Shown one piece after another: positions 1 through 10,352 of a DNA stretch of 24,000 nt. Below the pieces are notes generated by a model that ran no database searches, was not told the origin of the DNA, and saw only the letters and a program-made list of their open reading frames with translations. This DNA is from Listeria weihenstephanensis. Lineage in GTDB: Bacteria > Bacillota > Bacilli > Lactobacillales > Listeriaceae. The DNA is taken from contig NZ_CP011102.1 of the NCBI RefSeq assembly GCF_003534205.1, forward strand, positions 732,036 through 756,035, read 5' to 3'. Within the stretch, counting starts at the first letter, position 1, and each line of letters opens with the position of its first letter. A program made the position numbers and the translations under genes.

Positions 1-199
1 ATATGCATGAGAGTGAAACGAGCATGTAATCCATAAGTGGCTCTTAAGCGTTGAACTTAGAATGAGCGCTGAGCAGATATCGGACCGTCAGTGTGGTTCC
101 CGCTAAGTTTAGAAGTAGCACCGTGTTTTTGTTGAAGTTTTGGAATTTAGGGATGGTGTGGTCTCGAATTTAGGCGTTTGTTGATGCTCGACGCCTTCG

Positions 200-564
200 G
201 ATCTAGCTTCAACAGCCAACTCCTCGAAATTTTCGGTGCCTCCGAAAAACCCAAAAGAGGGATTTATCTGCGCCCCCTAACAAATTTTGTCGGATCTAAC
301 GGGCCGTTTCCGCTTTTCAGGTGATCCAGCTTCAACGGCCAGATCCTCGAAATTTTCGGTGCCTCCGAAAAATCCAAAAGAGGGATTTATCTGCGCCACC
401 TAACAAATTTTGTCGGATCTAACGGGCCGTTTCCGCTTTTCGTGTGATCTAGCTCCAACAGCCAGCCTCTCGGAATTTTCGGTGCCTCCGCAAAAACCAA
501 AAGAGGGTTTTCACTGCGCCCCCTAACAAATTCTGTCGAGGCTAACGGGCCGTTTCCGCTTTTC
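200..564. repeat. Three tandem copies of a ~119-nt unit (period 123 nt), apparently non-coding
   Basis: Copies at 200-318, 323-441 and 446-564 align position by position with only scattered substitutions. Shared blocks include TTTTCGGTGCCTCCG, AAAAGAGGG, CTAACAAATT and CTAACGGGCCGTTTCCGCTTTTC. Frames I translated by hand hit stops within each unit, and the ORF track shows no ORF of 60 aa or more here. Copy 3 ends exactly on the stop codon (564-566) of the minus-strand gene. Confidence 0.9.
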
Positions 565-1316
565 TAGCTAAAAAACCTAAACACAACCGCTATCCCAATT
601 CCAATCGTCCCTGCTGTTATCAACGCTTCTGTTCCGCGGGCCATTCCTGACAGCAGGTGTCCTGCGAGCAAATCACGCACGGCGTTGGTGATTGGAACGC
701 CTGGTACTAATGGCATCACGCCGCCGATGATCATCTTGTCTAGACTCACTCCCCAGCCGATCGAGATCGCGATAACTGATAATAAACCAACTGTAAATGC
801 GGCTAAAAATTCCGCTAAAAATTTCACTTTGAAAAACTCTGTACCGTAATAAAAAATTACAAATCCGATCGCGCCAATGATACATGTTGCGATTAAATCT
901 TTCCAAACACCGCCGAAAATCATCATCAGCGTGCCACTAACAACTGCTGCGGCAACTATCTGTAACCAAATTGGATAAAACTTGACTTCGTTATCCAAGG
1001 ATCGTAATCGTGTGTAGAATTGTCCTAAAGATATTTGCTTTGTCGTGAATTCTCGTGATAAATCATTGACCTTCGATACTTTCTCTAAGTTGATGGTACG
1101 TGTCGGAATCTGCTCCATTTTAACACTTGAGCTGCCTTGTATTGTCATGAAAATTCCTGTGGGTGTCACAAAGCTGATTCCTTTTTTTTCAGTAGCAGCT
1201 TCGGCGATACGGCTCATTGTATCCTCCACTCGGTACATTTCCGCACCACTTTCCATCATTACTTTTCCCGCTAGTAAGCATGTATCCAGTAACAAATCTT
1301 GAGATGTCTCTTCCAT
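564..1316 (-). CDS. ThrE-family (YjjP/DUF1212-like) threonine/serine exporter family membrane protein
   Basis: The ORF spans 564-1439. It has a soluble N-terminal ~110 aa (LLLDTCLLAGKVMMESGAEMYRVEDTMSRI, typical of ThrE/DUF1212) followed by about 5 hydrophobic segments. I prefer the ATG at 1316 (MEETSQ...) because GGAGG lies 8 nt upstream. The ATGs at 1439, 1331 and 1322 lack a properly spaced RBS. Confidence 0.75.
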   Translation of the reverse strand: MEETSQDLLLDTCLLAGKVMMESGAEMYRVEDTMSRIAEAATEKKGISFVTPTGIFMTIQGSSSVKMEQIPTRTINLEKVSKVNDLSREFTTKQISLGQFYTRLRSLDNEVKFYPIWLQIVAAAVVSGTLMMIFGGVWKDLIATCIIGAIGFVIFYYGTEFFKVKFLAEFLAAFTVGLLSVIAISIGWGVSLDKMIIGGVMPLVPGVPITNAVRDLLAGHLLSGMARGTEALITAGTIGIGIAVVFRFFS

Positions 1317-1547
1317 TGACATGACCTCCATTCTTACTAATCTCTCTTCCCATCCTACCGCAACAATCGCTTTTTTTCTAGTCAAAATAAAAAGATTTTT
1401 TAAATTTGGGATTCCATCAGGCGATTTCAGGGTAAACATCTGGTAGTATAGAAGGTATGAGGCTGACGGAATAATGACGAAAAAGAAGTTTTGCCAATAA
1501 AAATGTTTTTTGCTAAATTAAAAGCCAGACAAAAGGAGTTTTTGCAG

Positions 1548-1757
1548 ATGAGCAGTATTGAGTATGAAATTGTGGAGCATATTGGTGTGTTGTCGGAGAA
1601 TTCGAAGGGATGGCGGAGAGAGGTCAATCTAATTAGTTGGAACGGCCGCGCGCCCAAATATGATATTCGGGATTGGTCACCGGGTAATGAGAAAATGGGC
1701 AAAGGTATTACGCTCACGGAGGAAGAGTTTAAAAAAATCGCTGAATTAGCGAAGTAA
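1548..1757 (+). CDS. Small YdbC/PC4-like (transcriptional coactivator p15 fold) ssDNA-binding family protein
   Basis: The ORF spans 1491-1757. The internal ATG at 1548 is preceded by AAGGAG. The sequence MSSIEYEIVEHIGVLSENSKGWRREVNLISWNGRAPKYDIRDWSP matches my memory of the bacterial PC4-like family pattern (W.kEvn.vsWNg...kyDIR.W). Confidence 0.7.
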   Translation: MSSIEYEIVEHIGVLSENSKGWRREVNLISWNGRAPKYDIRDWSPGNEKMGKGITLTEEEFKKIAELAK

Positions 1758-1771
1758 CGGGGGAATTGTTT

Positions 1772-2437
1772 ATGTTTGCATATGATATTTATGAACCAAT
1801 TGATCGGAAGGTAGAGGATACGTTTCCAACTATCTTTACACTTCACGGAATTGGAGCGGACGAACTAGATATGCCGGGGATATTAGAGTCGATAATGGAT
1901 CGTTTTGTCATTGTCAGCATTCGAGGTAGCGTGCAACAAGGCCCAGGGTATTCCTACTATAAACCGGTGTTAGACGGTGAACCTAGTGAAAAGACGATTT
2001 CATATGCAGCAAACAACGTTCACGAATTTGTGGAGACTATTTTGAAACAGTACCCATCGATTGACCGCAAAAAAATGTATCTGTTTGGCTTTGATCAAGG
2101 CGGAATTGTTGCCATGACGGAGTTTGCAAAAAACGGTGGTATGTATCACGGTGGTGTTTTCCTAAGCACAAAATTACCTTCCTTTTTAGAAGAGGGACCG
2201 AAAAATTTACTATTGAAGTCAAAACGTATTTTTATAGGACATGGCACCAAAGATCCTGTGTTCCCAGTCACGGAAGGCGAGCGGACGGTAAAATACTTTG
2301 AAAGCTTGACGAATGATGTGACATATCAGACTTTTGATGTGGTGCATAATGTTACGGCAGAGGAAGCAGAGATTGTTTTAGATTGGTTTACGAGAGTCGA
2401 AGTTGATAATCCAGCGGCGAAAAAAGAAAATAGTTAA
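1772..2437 (+). CDS. Alpha/beta hydrolase, phospholipase/carboxylesterase (Abhydrolase_2-like) family, with an atypical nucleophile elbow
   Basis: An HG motif (TLHGIG) sits near the N-terminus. The nucleophile elbow reads GFDQGG where the family normally has GFSQGG. Acid (HGTKDPVFP) and His (DVVHNV) positions are retained. The ATG at 1772 lies 8 nt downstream of GGGGG. The track start at 1766 is a TTG. Confidence 0.7.
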   Translation: MFAYDIYEPIDRKVEDTFPTIFTLHGIGADELDMPGILESIMDRFVIVSIRGSVQQGPGYSYYKPVLDGEPSEKTISYAANNVHEFVETILKQYPSIDRKKMYLFGFDQGGIVAMTEFAKNGGMYHGGVFLSTKLPSFLEEGPKNLLLKSKRIFIGHGTKDPVFPVTEGERTVKYFESLTNDVTYQTFDVVHNVTAEEAEIVLDWFTRVEVDNPAAKKENS

Positions 2438-2459
2438 ACAAACATGGAGGTTTTACAGG

Positions 2460-3386
2460 ATGAAAGCATTAGGTTTTACAAAATTTGGCGAGCCAGAAGT
2501 ATTTGAAGAATTAGAGTTACCAAAACCAAAAGCAAGCGAAAAAGGTGTGTTAATCAAGGTTCAAGCCGTAGGAATCAATCCTTACGACGCCTTATTACGC
2601 GCAGGTACGATGCAAAAAATACGCCCACTCGAATTCCCGATCGTTCCAGGAAGCGATATTGTCGGCAAAATCGTGGAAGTAGGGTCAAAAGTGAAGAATT
2701 ATGCGATCGGTGATATTGTCATCGCGCATCCAGCTATTGGCGGCTACGCAGAATATGTAGCAACACCGAGTTATAACGTTGTCAAAAAACCAAAAGAAAT
2801 GGGTGTGGAGGAAGCCGCAGGACTAGCATCAGCAGGAATTACGGCTTACTATGCACTTCAAATCGCAAACGTTAAAAAAGGCGAAAACCTGGTCATTCAG
2901 GGCGCGTCAGGAGCAGTTGGTGCGATCATCGTTCAACTTGCGAAAGAAAAAGGCATCCGCGTGATCGGAATTGGCAACAGCAAGAATGCAGATTATTTGA
3001 GCGCACTCGGCGTTGACCGCGTGATGTCGTATGATCGTGGCAATTTAGCTGAGATTTTAAAAGATAAAGGCGACGTTGTGATTGATGCAAGTTTTGGAGG
3101 AAAAGGCGCTGAAGAAGGACTACATTATGTGAAAAAAGGCGGACGTTATATCTCGCTGACAGCTCTCCCTGAGAATGCGGAAGAGAAGCAAGTGAAAGCG
3201 ATCCGGATGAAGCGTACGAAAGAGATGAAGGATAAAGAAGCGCTGGGTTATTTGGCGGATCTGTATCGTGCGAATAAGTTGCAGTTGAAGACAGCTGAAG
3301 TTCTGACATTTGATCTACGAGGCGTGATTGGTGCGCATCAGTTGATTGAGAAGAAGAACGTGGCTGGGAAGATTATTTTGAAGTAA
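2460..3386 (+). CDS. Zinc-independent MDR-family NADPH:quinone oxidoreductase / alcohol dehydrogenase-like protein
   Basis: MKALGFTKFGEPEVFEELELPKP, GINPYDALLRAG, and the Rossmann motif GASGAVG with a downstream acidic residue. The ATG at 2460 is preceded by GGAGG (2445-2449). The track ORF start at 2403 overlaps the upstream gene and lacks an RBS. Confidence 0.8.
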   Translation: MKALGFTKFGEPEVFEELELPKPKASEKGVLIKVQAVGINPYDALLRAGTMQKIRPLEFPIVPGSDIVGKIVEVGSKVKNYAIGDIVIAHPAIGGYAEYVATPSYNVVKKPKEMGVEEAAGLASAGITAYYALQIANVKKGENLVIQGASGAVGAIIVQLAKEKGIRVIGIGNSKNADYLSALGVDRVMSYDRGNLAEILKDKGDVVIDASFGGKGAEEGLHYVKKGGRYISLTALPENAEEKQVKAIRMKRTKEMKDKEALGYLADLYRANKLQLKTAEVLTFDLRGVIGAHQLIEKKNVAGKIILK

Positions 3387-3401
3387 GTAGATAGAGATGA
3401 A

Positions 3402-3429
3402 GGGCACCTGATGTTGGGTGTCTTTTTTG
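3402..3429 (+). terminator. Putative rho-independent terminator downstream of the oxidoreductase gene
   Basis: GGCACC (3403-3408) pairs with GGTGTC (3417-3422), 6 bp including one G-U. A TTTTTT run follows at 3423-3428. Confidence 0.5.
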
Positions 3430-3463
3430 TTAGGGTAAAATATAATTGAAAATATGCTTCTAT

Positions 3464-3491
3464 TTTACAGGGAACTATAGTAAAATATTAC
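3464..3491 (+). promoter_or_regulatory. Weak candidate sigma-A promoter for the cas operon
   Basis: TTTACA (3464-3469), a 16-nt spacer, then TATTAC (3486-3491), in the AT-rich gap between the upstream terminator and cas6. The match to consensus is imperfect and other placements are possible. Confidence 0.25.
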
Positions 3492-3546
3492 TTGTATGCG
3501 CCAGGGAATTGGTAAATGCAATAATACTAGCAAAAGAGGTGATTAC

Positions 3547-4269
3547 TTGAGGTTAAAAATAGTTTGTGAATTAAGTGATGAGAAATTTCCGCTGAATTTT
3601 AGACGAAAAATTTTGATGATTTTTAAAACTGGATTGAAACAATCATATCCAGAGGTTTTTGAAGAGTTGTACGGCACTAACACCCAGAAGGATTTCACAT
3701 TTTCGGTTTATTTTGAGAATGGTGTTTTTGGGAAAAATGAAATTACAGTGACAAGTAAACGGTTGATAATTAATTTTTCAACTGGAAATGCAGAACAGGC
3801 GATTATGTTTTATAATGCGTTTACGAATCTTAGAGGAAAGGCAACACGGATTTCTGATACGTGTGATTTGAGAATTATTTCCGTAAATATCGTGAAAATG
3901 AAACCGATTGCATCGAATTCTATCGTTTTTAAAGTGTTGTCTCCAATTGTTTGTCGAGATCATAATCGTGATACCCAAAAAGATTGGTTTTACATGTTTG
4001 AAGATGAACAATTTGTGCCGTTATTAAAACGTAACTTGCTCATTAAATTACAAGATAAGTACGGTGATTTTGTTGGGCAAGATATTGCAGCTATGAAGAT
4101 TACACCCGTGAGTATGAAGAAAACAGTTGCGTTACATTATGATATTTCGATTGTATGTTCTCTTGGTTTGATTGAAATTGAGGCGCCGAAATATTTGTTG
4201 GAGCACGTTTTGAATGAGGGGCTCGGCTCTCTTACGGGAACAGGCTTCGGGATGTTAGAACAAGCTTAG
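3547..4269 (+). CDS. cas6: Cas6 CRISPR repeat endoribonuclease (type I-B)
   Basis: It is the first gene of the cas operon. The C-terminal glycine-rich loop GLGSLTGTGFGMLE is a Cas6 hallmark. The TTG at 3547 (L/MRLKIVCEL...) is preceded by AAGAGGTGA at a 4-nt spacing. The ATG at 3496 in the track has no RBS. Confidence 0.85.
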   Translation: MRLKIVCELSDEKFPLNFRRKILMIFKTGLKQSYPEVFEELYGTNTQKDFTFSVYFENGVFGKNEITVTSKRLIINFSTGNAEQAIMFYNAFTNLRGKATRISDTCDLRIISVNIVKMKPIASNSIVFKVLSPIVCRDHNRDTQKDWFYMFEDEQFVPLLKRNLLIKLQDKYGDFVGQDIAAMKITPVSMKKTVALHYDISIVCSLGLIEIEAPKYLLEHVLNEGLGSLTGTGFGMLEQA

Positions 4270-4281
4270 GGAGGTGAAAAA

Positions 4282-5956
4282 ATGAGAGAAATAGAATGTC
4301 GAGCGAGCGATTGGCTTTTCAATGCAGGTCTTGTTGGCTTTATAAATATCGTTGGCAAAGAAAACGTCAGAATGGAAGGGCAAAGTGTCTTTTTTGACGC
4401 GGATTTGTTGGATAGTTTTGAAGATAAGTACTTTGCGTATTTTATCGAGGAGTACGAAAAGACGTTATCTTGGTATAAGATCGTATCGTTTAAAAAAGAA
4501 ATGGATCGCTATCGAAAAGATGATTTTGCGAGTTTTGATGAGAAGGCCTTGGAGGAGCTCAATAACTATATCGCGAATGTAGCGAAGTATTATCTGAAAA
4601 GTGCCAGCTATGTAAGCGTTTATCCCCTTATTGATGCTACGGCAGATCCTGTTGAATGGGGTAAAAATCTTGCTAAAGTTGGAGCCTTAAAAAAGAAGGA
4701 AACATTTGATGAAAAACGTGCAGATATTATCCAAGAAGTGAAGCAAGTGTATCTGAAGTTAGATCAAATAATCGCATTTTGTAATAGTGAAAAAGGTGAA
4801 AGATATTTAGCCGCTAAAAATGTGATCTACACGGTGATCAAAAATGCCTGGAATGGGGTTTCATTCCTGAATCCGCAGACCAAAGAGAAAGATACGTATG
4901 TGGATTATCGGACTAATTTTATCGATCCAGTCAAAGAACATCTAGAAACCAATCTAGAAAAAGCGAAATTCACCTGTTTCACATGCAACCAACCAATCAA
5001 AAATTTGAAGCTTGATCTCAGTTTTATGAATGAAACTGGTTTTGACACAGCGCGGAAAACCTCACATGTTTGGGATTTTAATAATGATATCGCGGTCTGT
5101 GCTGTCTGCAAATTTATCTATTCATGCGTCCCAGCTGGATTCACCTACGTTCATAACAACGGGATTTTCATCAATGATTCCGTTAGTATCGATACACTGC
5201 ATGCCGTCAACGAAAAAATACGATCCGCAATTTTGCATGATCCAGCGCAAACCTTGACACATACCAGCCCATATCGTGCCTTGGTCGAAGCCATCACGAA
5301 TCAAGTCGAGGACAAGCGGCATTATGAATTGGCAGATATTCAAGTTGTCCGTTATGAAAACGAGACGTACCGCTTTAACATCTTGTCGAAACGAGCGCTA
5401 AACATTTTCCGAGAGTCAAAAAACGCATTAACAGCACTACAACGATGCGGGTTTAAAGAAGGCAATGTAAATGTTAACTTTTATCAAGAAACAGTTCGAC
5501 GTTTGATGAATAATGAAAACCTGTTCACGTTTATTCACAAAGCGATGTATTTGAAAGTGACGAATGCGAGCAATACTTATTATCACATGGGGCATATCGG
5601 CAGTTTACTCGAGATAAATACGAATTTTCTAAAGGAGATAGAGGCGATGACTGAGATTTCGAAAGGTCGAATTTGGCATATTAATAAGTGCGGAAATGAA
5701 TTTAAAAAGGCGTATCCAGATCACAAGCGCAGCGGTTTTAACTACAAAGTTTTGAATGCGCTAAAAACAAATAATCGTGATGCGTTTATGGACATTATTT
5801 TAAACAGTTACTCGTATTTAGGAAAGACGGTTCCTGATTTTTTCTTGGAGTCTTTTACAAGCGATGAGACGTTTAAAACGGTTGGCTATGCGTTTATGGT
5901 CGGCGTCAATGGTGCTATAGAGCAAGAAGACAAAGATAAAGATGGAGGAAATGACA

Positions 5957-5967
<11 letters not shown>
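4282..5967 (+). CDS. cas8b: Cas8b large subunit (Cst1-type) of type I-B Cascade
   Basis: It sits between cas6 and cas7 and is 561 aa long. It carries a CxxC...CxxC cluster (CFTCNQP ... CAVCKFIYSCVPAGF), as I recall for Cst1/Cas8b proteins. A strong RBS, AGGGAGGTGA, lies upstream of the ATG at 4282. Confidence 0.8.
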
Positions 5968-7586
<1,619 letters not shown>

Positions 7587-7592
7587 AAATTG

Positions 7593-7617
7593 GAGAGGGT
7601 TCACGCTCTCTCTTTTT
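7593..7617 (+). terminator. Terminator-like hairpin plus U-tract in the 41-nt cas5-cas3 gap
   Basis: GAGAGGG (7593-7599) pairs with CTCTCTC (7606-7612), 7 bp with one G-U and a 6-nt loop. TTTTT follows at 7613-7617 and runs directly into the cas3 RBS GGAGG (7618-7622). Confidence 0.4.
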
Positions 7618-7627
7618 GGAGGTTCTG

Positions 7628-9838
7628 ATGAATCATTATTTAGCGAAATCGAAACCAGAAGAAACCATTCAAGAACATACGGACAATTTACTGAGAAATT
7701 ATGATTTATTGCAAAAATATTATCCTGAAATACCTGTAAACTGGCACTTTTTAAAGCTTGCGTGTCTGATTCATGATCTTGGAAAAATGAATCTTTACTT
7801 CCAAGAAAAGGTGTCTGGCGGTAAGCGTAATAAAAAAGAGATACCTCATAACTATCTTTCTGTCGCGTTTGTTCCATATAAAAAACTAAAAGAGGAAGGT
7901 TACACAAAGGAAGAGATCCAGGTACTTTTTCAAGCTATTGCGCGACATCACGAACGAAAAATTGGATTCACAGAGGACGAATGGTCTTTGGAGATGAAAA
8001 AGTTAGAACAGGAGTGGCAGGGTTTTACATATGATAAATTAGGTGAATACCGAGCGTATCGCAGTCATTTTCCAGCCAAATACTATCAGGTAACAGCACA
8101 AATATTTGAAGGGAAAACAGATCAAAGTATGGAAATTTTTATACATTACGTCCTATTAAAAGGTCTCCTAAACCGTATTGATTTCGCGGCAAGTGCAGAC
8201 ATCGATGTGGAGAAACCGAATGATTTCCTAGAAACGGCGATGGCAGAACAGATGACGGCGTTCCGTGCGAAAAATCCTGATGCAGATTGGAAGCCTTTAC
8301 AAAAATATATGCAGGCCCATCAAGATGAAAATGTGATTGTTGTCGCGGAAACTGGGATGGGGAAAACAGAAGCGGGGTTGCTTTGGTTGGGCAATCATAA
8401 AGGATTCTTCACATTACCATTACGAACCGCGATTAATGCGATTTATAGCCGTTTGATTGATAGCGAAACAGGAATTATCAAGGAATCGCAAACAGATCGC
8501 GTTGGCTTGTTGCATTCGGAGACGTATGGACAGTATTTAACGCATGAATCCGATTTTGATATGGATATTGAGGATTATTACACGAAAACGCGTCAAATGT
8601 CGCTGCCAATAACGGTTTGCACGCTGGATCAGTTGTTTGATTTTGTGTTCCGGTATGCTGGATTTGAGCCGAAACTGGCTACGCTATCCTATTCTAAAGT
8701 TATTATCGATGAGGTTCAGATGTATTCACCGGATTTATTGGCATATCTCATTGTCGGGCTTTCCTATATTCAAAAAGTTGGTGGGAAGTTCACGATTTTA
8801 ACGGCGACATTACCTGGAATTATCCCTGATTTACTGGCGGAAAATGATGTTATTTTTACACGAGCGGAGGAAGATTTTATATCAGATCGAATTCGTCATA
8901 GTATTGAGGTTGTTCATGAGCCGATAAATAGCAAATTTATTCAAGAATTTTATGAGGATAATCGGATTTTGATCATTTGTAATACGGTTCGCGTGGCCAA
9001 AGAATTGTATAAGGAATTGGTGGATATGTATGACGCGGCAGAAGTCCATCTACTTCATAGCCAGTTCATCAAGCGCGATCGTTCGGCAAAAGAGGATGCC
9101 ATTCTAGCGGACGGTCATAAAGATAGTAAGCGACCTTGTATTTGGGTGGCGACGCAGGTTGTCGAGGCTTCTTTAGATATTGATTTTGACATCTTGTTTA
9201 CGGAACTTTCCGATTTGAACGGTCTTTTTCAAAGGATGGGGCGTTGTTATCGAAATCGCAAGCTAGATGTGGCGACGAATGTGTATGTTTTTGATGAGGA
9301 ATGTTCAGGTGTGGAGCCGCGTGGATTTATTGATAAACAGATTCATGAAAACTCAAAAATGATGTTGCAAAGCTGTCACGGTCCGGTTTCTGAGAGCGAA
9401 AAATTAACGATGATTAACCAAGTGTATTCGACAGAAGCATTAAAGGGTAGTCATTATTATGAAGAAGTGACAGGTATGATCCAATATGTGAAATCTTTTG
9501 ACACGTATGAACTAGACAAAAATGAAGTTCGAAAACGATTCCGAAATATTAATTCTGTGGCTGCGATTCCAAAACCTATTCACGCGGAAAATAAGGAAGA
9601 AATCGCTGGACATATAGAAATTATCAAAACAAAAGGAATAGAACGCAAAGCTAAAATGAAAGCGCGGACGATGCTTTCGGCGTATATGCTTGATGTCCCA
9701 GGCTATATTTATGAAAAAGGAAGTGCGGAGTTCATTAAGATTAATGATTATGAAAAAGTAATTATCTTTGATTGTGACTACGACGAGGGAATTGGTCTAA
9801 CGCCGAAAGACAAGGAGAAGGAAAATCTGTTTTTCTAG
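7628..9838 (+). CDS. cas3: Cas3 HD nuclease / SF2 helicase
   Basis: N-terminal HD domain motifs (ACLIHDLGK, ARHHER). Helicase motif I is AETGMGKTEA, motif II is IIDEVQMY and motif VI is QRMGRCYR. The ATG at 7628 lies 5 nt after GGAGG. Confidence 0.9.
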   Translation: MNHYLAKSKPEETIQEHTDNLLRNYDLLQKYYPEIPVNWHFLKLACLIHDLGKMNLYFQEKVSGGKRNKKEIPHNYLSVAFVPYKKLKEEGYTKEEIQVLFQAIARHHERKIGFTEDEWSLEMKKLEQEWQGFTYDKLGEYRAYRSHFPAKYYQVTAQIFEGKTDQSMEIFIHYVLLKGLLNRIDFAASADIDVEKPNDFLETAMAEQMTAFRAKNPDADWKPLQKYMQAHQDENVIVVAETGMGKTEAGLLWLGNHKGFFTLPLRTAINAIYSRLIDSETGIIKESQTDRVGLLHSETYGQYLTHESDFDMDIEDYYTKTRQMSLPITVCTLDQLFDFVFRYAGFEPKLATLSYSKVIIDEVQMYSPDLLAYLIVGLSYIQKVGGKFTILTATLPGIIPDLLAENDVIFTRAEEDFISDRIRHSIEVVHEPINSKFIQEFYEDNRILIICNTVRVAKELYKELVDMYDAAEVHLLHSQFIKRDRSAKEDAILADGHKDSKRPCIWVATQVVEASLDIDFDILFTELSDLNGLFQRMGRCYRNRKLDVATNVYVFDEECSGVEPRGFIDKQIHENSKMMLQSCHGPVSESEKLTMINQVYSTEALKGSHYYEEVTGMIQYVKSFDTYELDKNEVRKRFRNINSVAAIPKPIHAENKEEIAGHIEIIKTKGIERKAKMKARTMLSAYMLDVPGYIYEKGSAEFIKINDYEKVIIFDCDYDEGIGLTPKDKEKENLFF

Positions 9839-9852
9839 AGGAGGGAAGCAGG

Positions 9853-10341
9853 ATGCGAATTAGCGGGACCCATGTCTATTATTATTTTGTGTGTAAGCGG
9901 AAACTATGGTTTTTCAGTAAAGCGATTCGGATGGAGCATTTGGATGAGAATGTGCAACTAGGAAAATTGTTGGATGAATCAAGCTACAATCGGGATTCGG
10001 GGCAGGTAATGATCGATGAGACGGTCAATATTGACTTTATTCGGGATTGGAAAGTGCTTCACGAGGTGAAGAAAAGCCGTTCTATCGAGGAAGCTGGAAT
10101 TTGGCAATTGAAGTATTATATTTATTTTTTGCGGGAAAAAGGGATTGCGATTGAGAATGGCGTGATTGATTATCCGAAGTTGCGACGTCGTGAAGAGGTG
10201 GAATTATCAAATGAGGATTCACAAAGGCTGATCGAGATTATGGCGGATATTGAGAATATCTGTGTACAAGATAAACCACCGAAGCTTGAAGAAAAACCAA
10301 TTTGTAAAAAATGTGCCTATTTTGAGTATTGCTTTATTTGA
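9853..10341 (+). CDS. cas4: Cas4 RecB-like exonuclease with a 4-Cys cluster
   Basis: An N-terminal Cys (YYYFVCKRKLWF) and a C-terminal CKKCAYFEYC. An EVK motif (LHEVKKS). Located between cas3 and cas1. The RBS is GGAGGG. Confidence 0.85.
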   Translation: MRISGTHVYYYFVCKRKLWFFSKAIRMEHLDENVQLGKLLDESSYNRDSGQVMIDETVNIDFIRDWKVLHEVKKSRSIEEAGIWQLKYYIYFLREKGIAIENGVIDYPKLRRREEVELSNEDSQRLIEIMADIENICVQDKPPKLEEKPICKKCAYFEYCFI

Positions 10342-10352
10342 GGAGGACTTAC

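Noticed and set aside
1-199. The left-edge 199 nt as a possible RNA gene, coding region or degenerate fourth repeat copy
   Set aside because: There is no open frame reaching the edge with a credible start and RBS; only an 11-codon fragment is possible from an ATG at 34 on the minus strand. I recognise no tRNA or rRNA-like features. Only short patches (for example CTCGAATTT, GCACCG) resemble the tandem unit, which is too weak to call.
1427-1846. A 139-aa minus-strand ORF across the ThrE/YdbC intergenic region
   Set aside because: It overlaps the well-supported PC4-like gene in antisense and the start of the hydrolase gene. It has no RBS and no recognisable motifs.
2403-2459. N-terminal extensions of track ORFs (2403, 3496, 6756, 7616, 10329, 16861, 18534, 20198, 1439, 1491)
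   Set aside because: In each case an internal start codon has a properly spaced Shine-Dalgarno sequence and gives a family-typical N-terminus. The extension lacks an RBS and/or overlaps the upstream gene.
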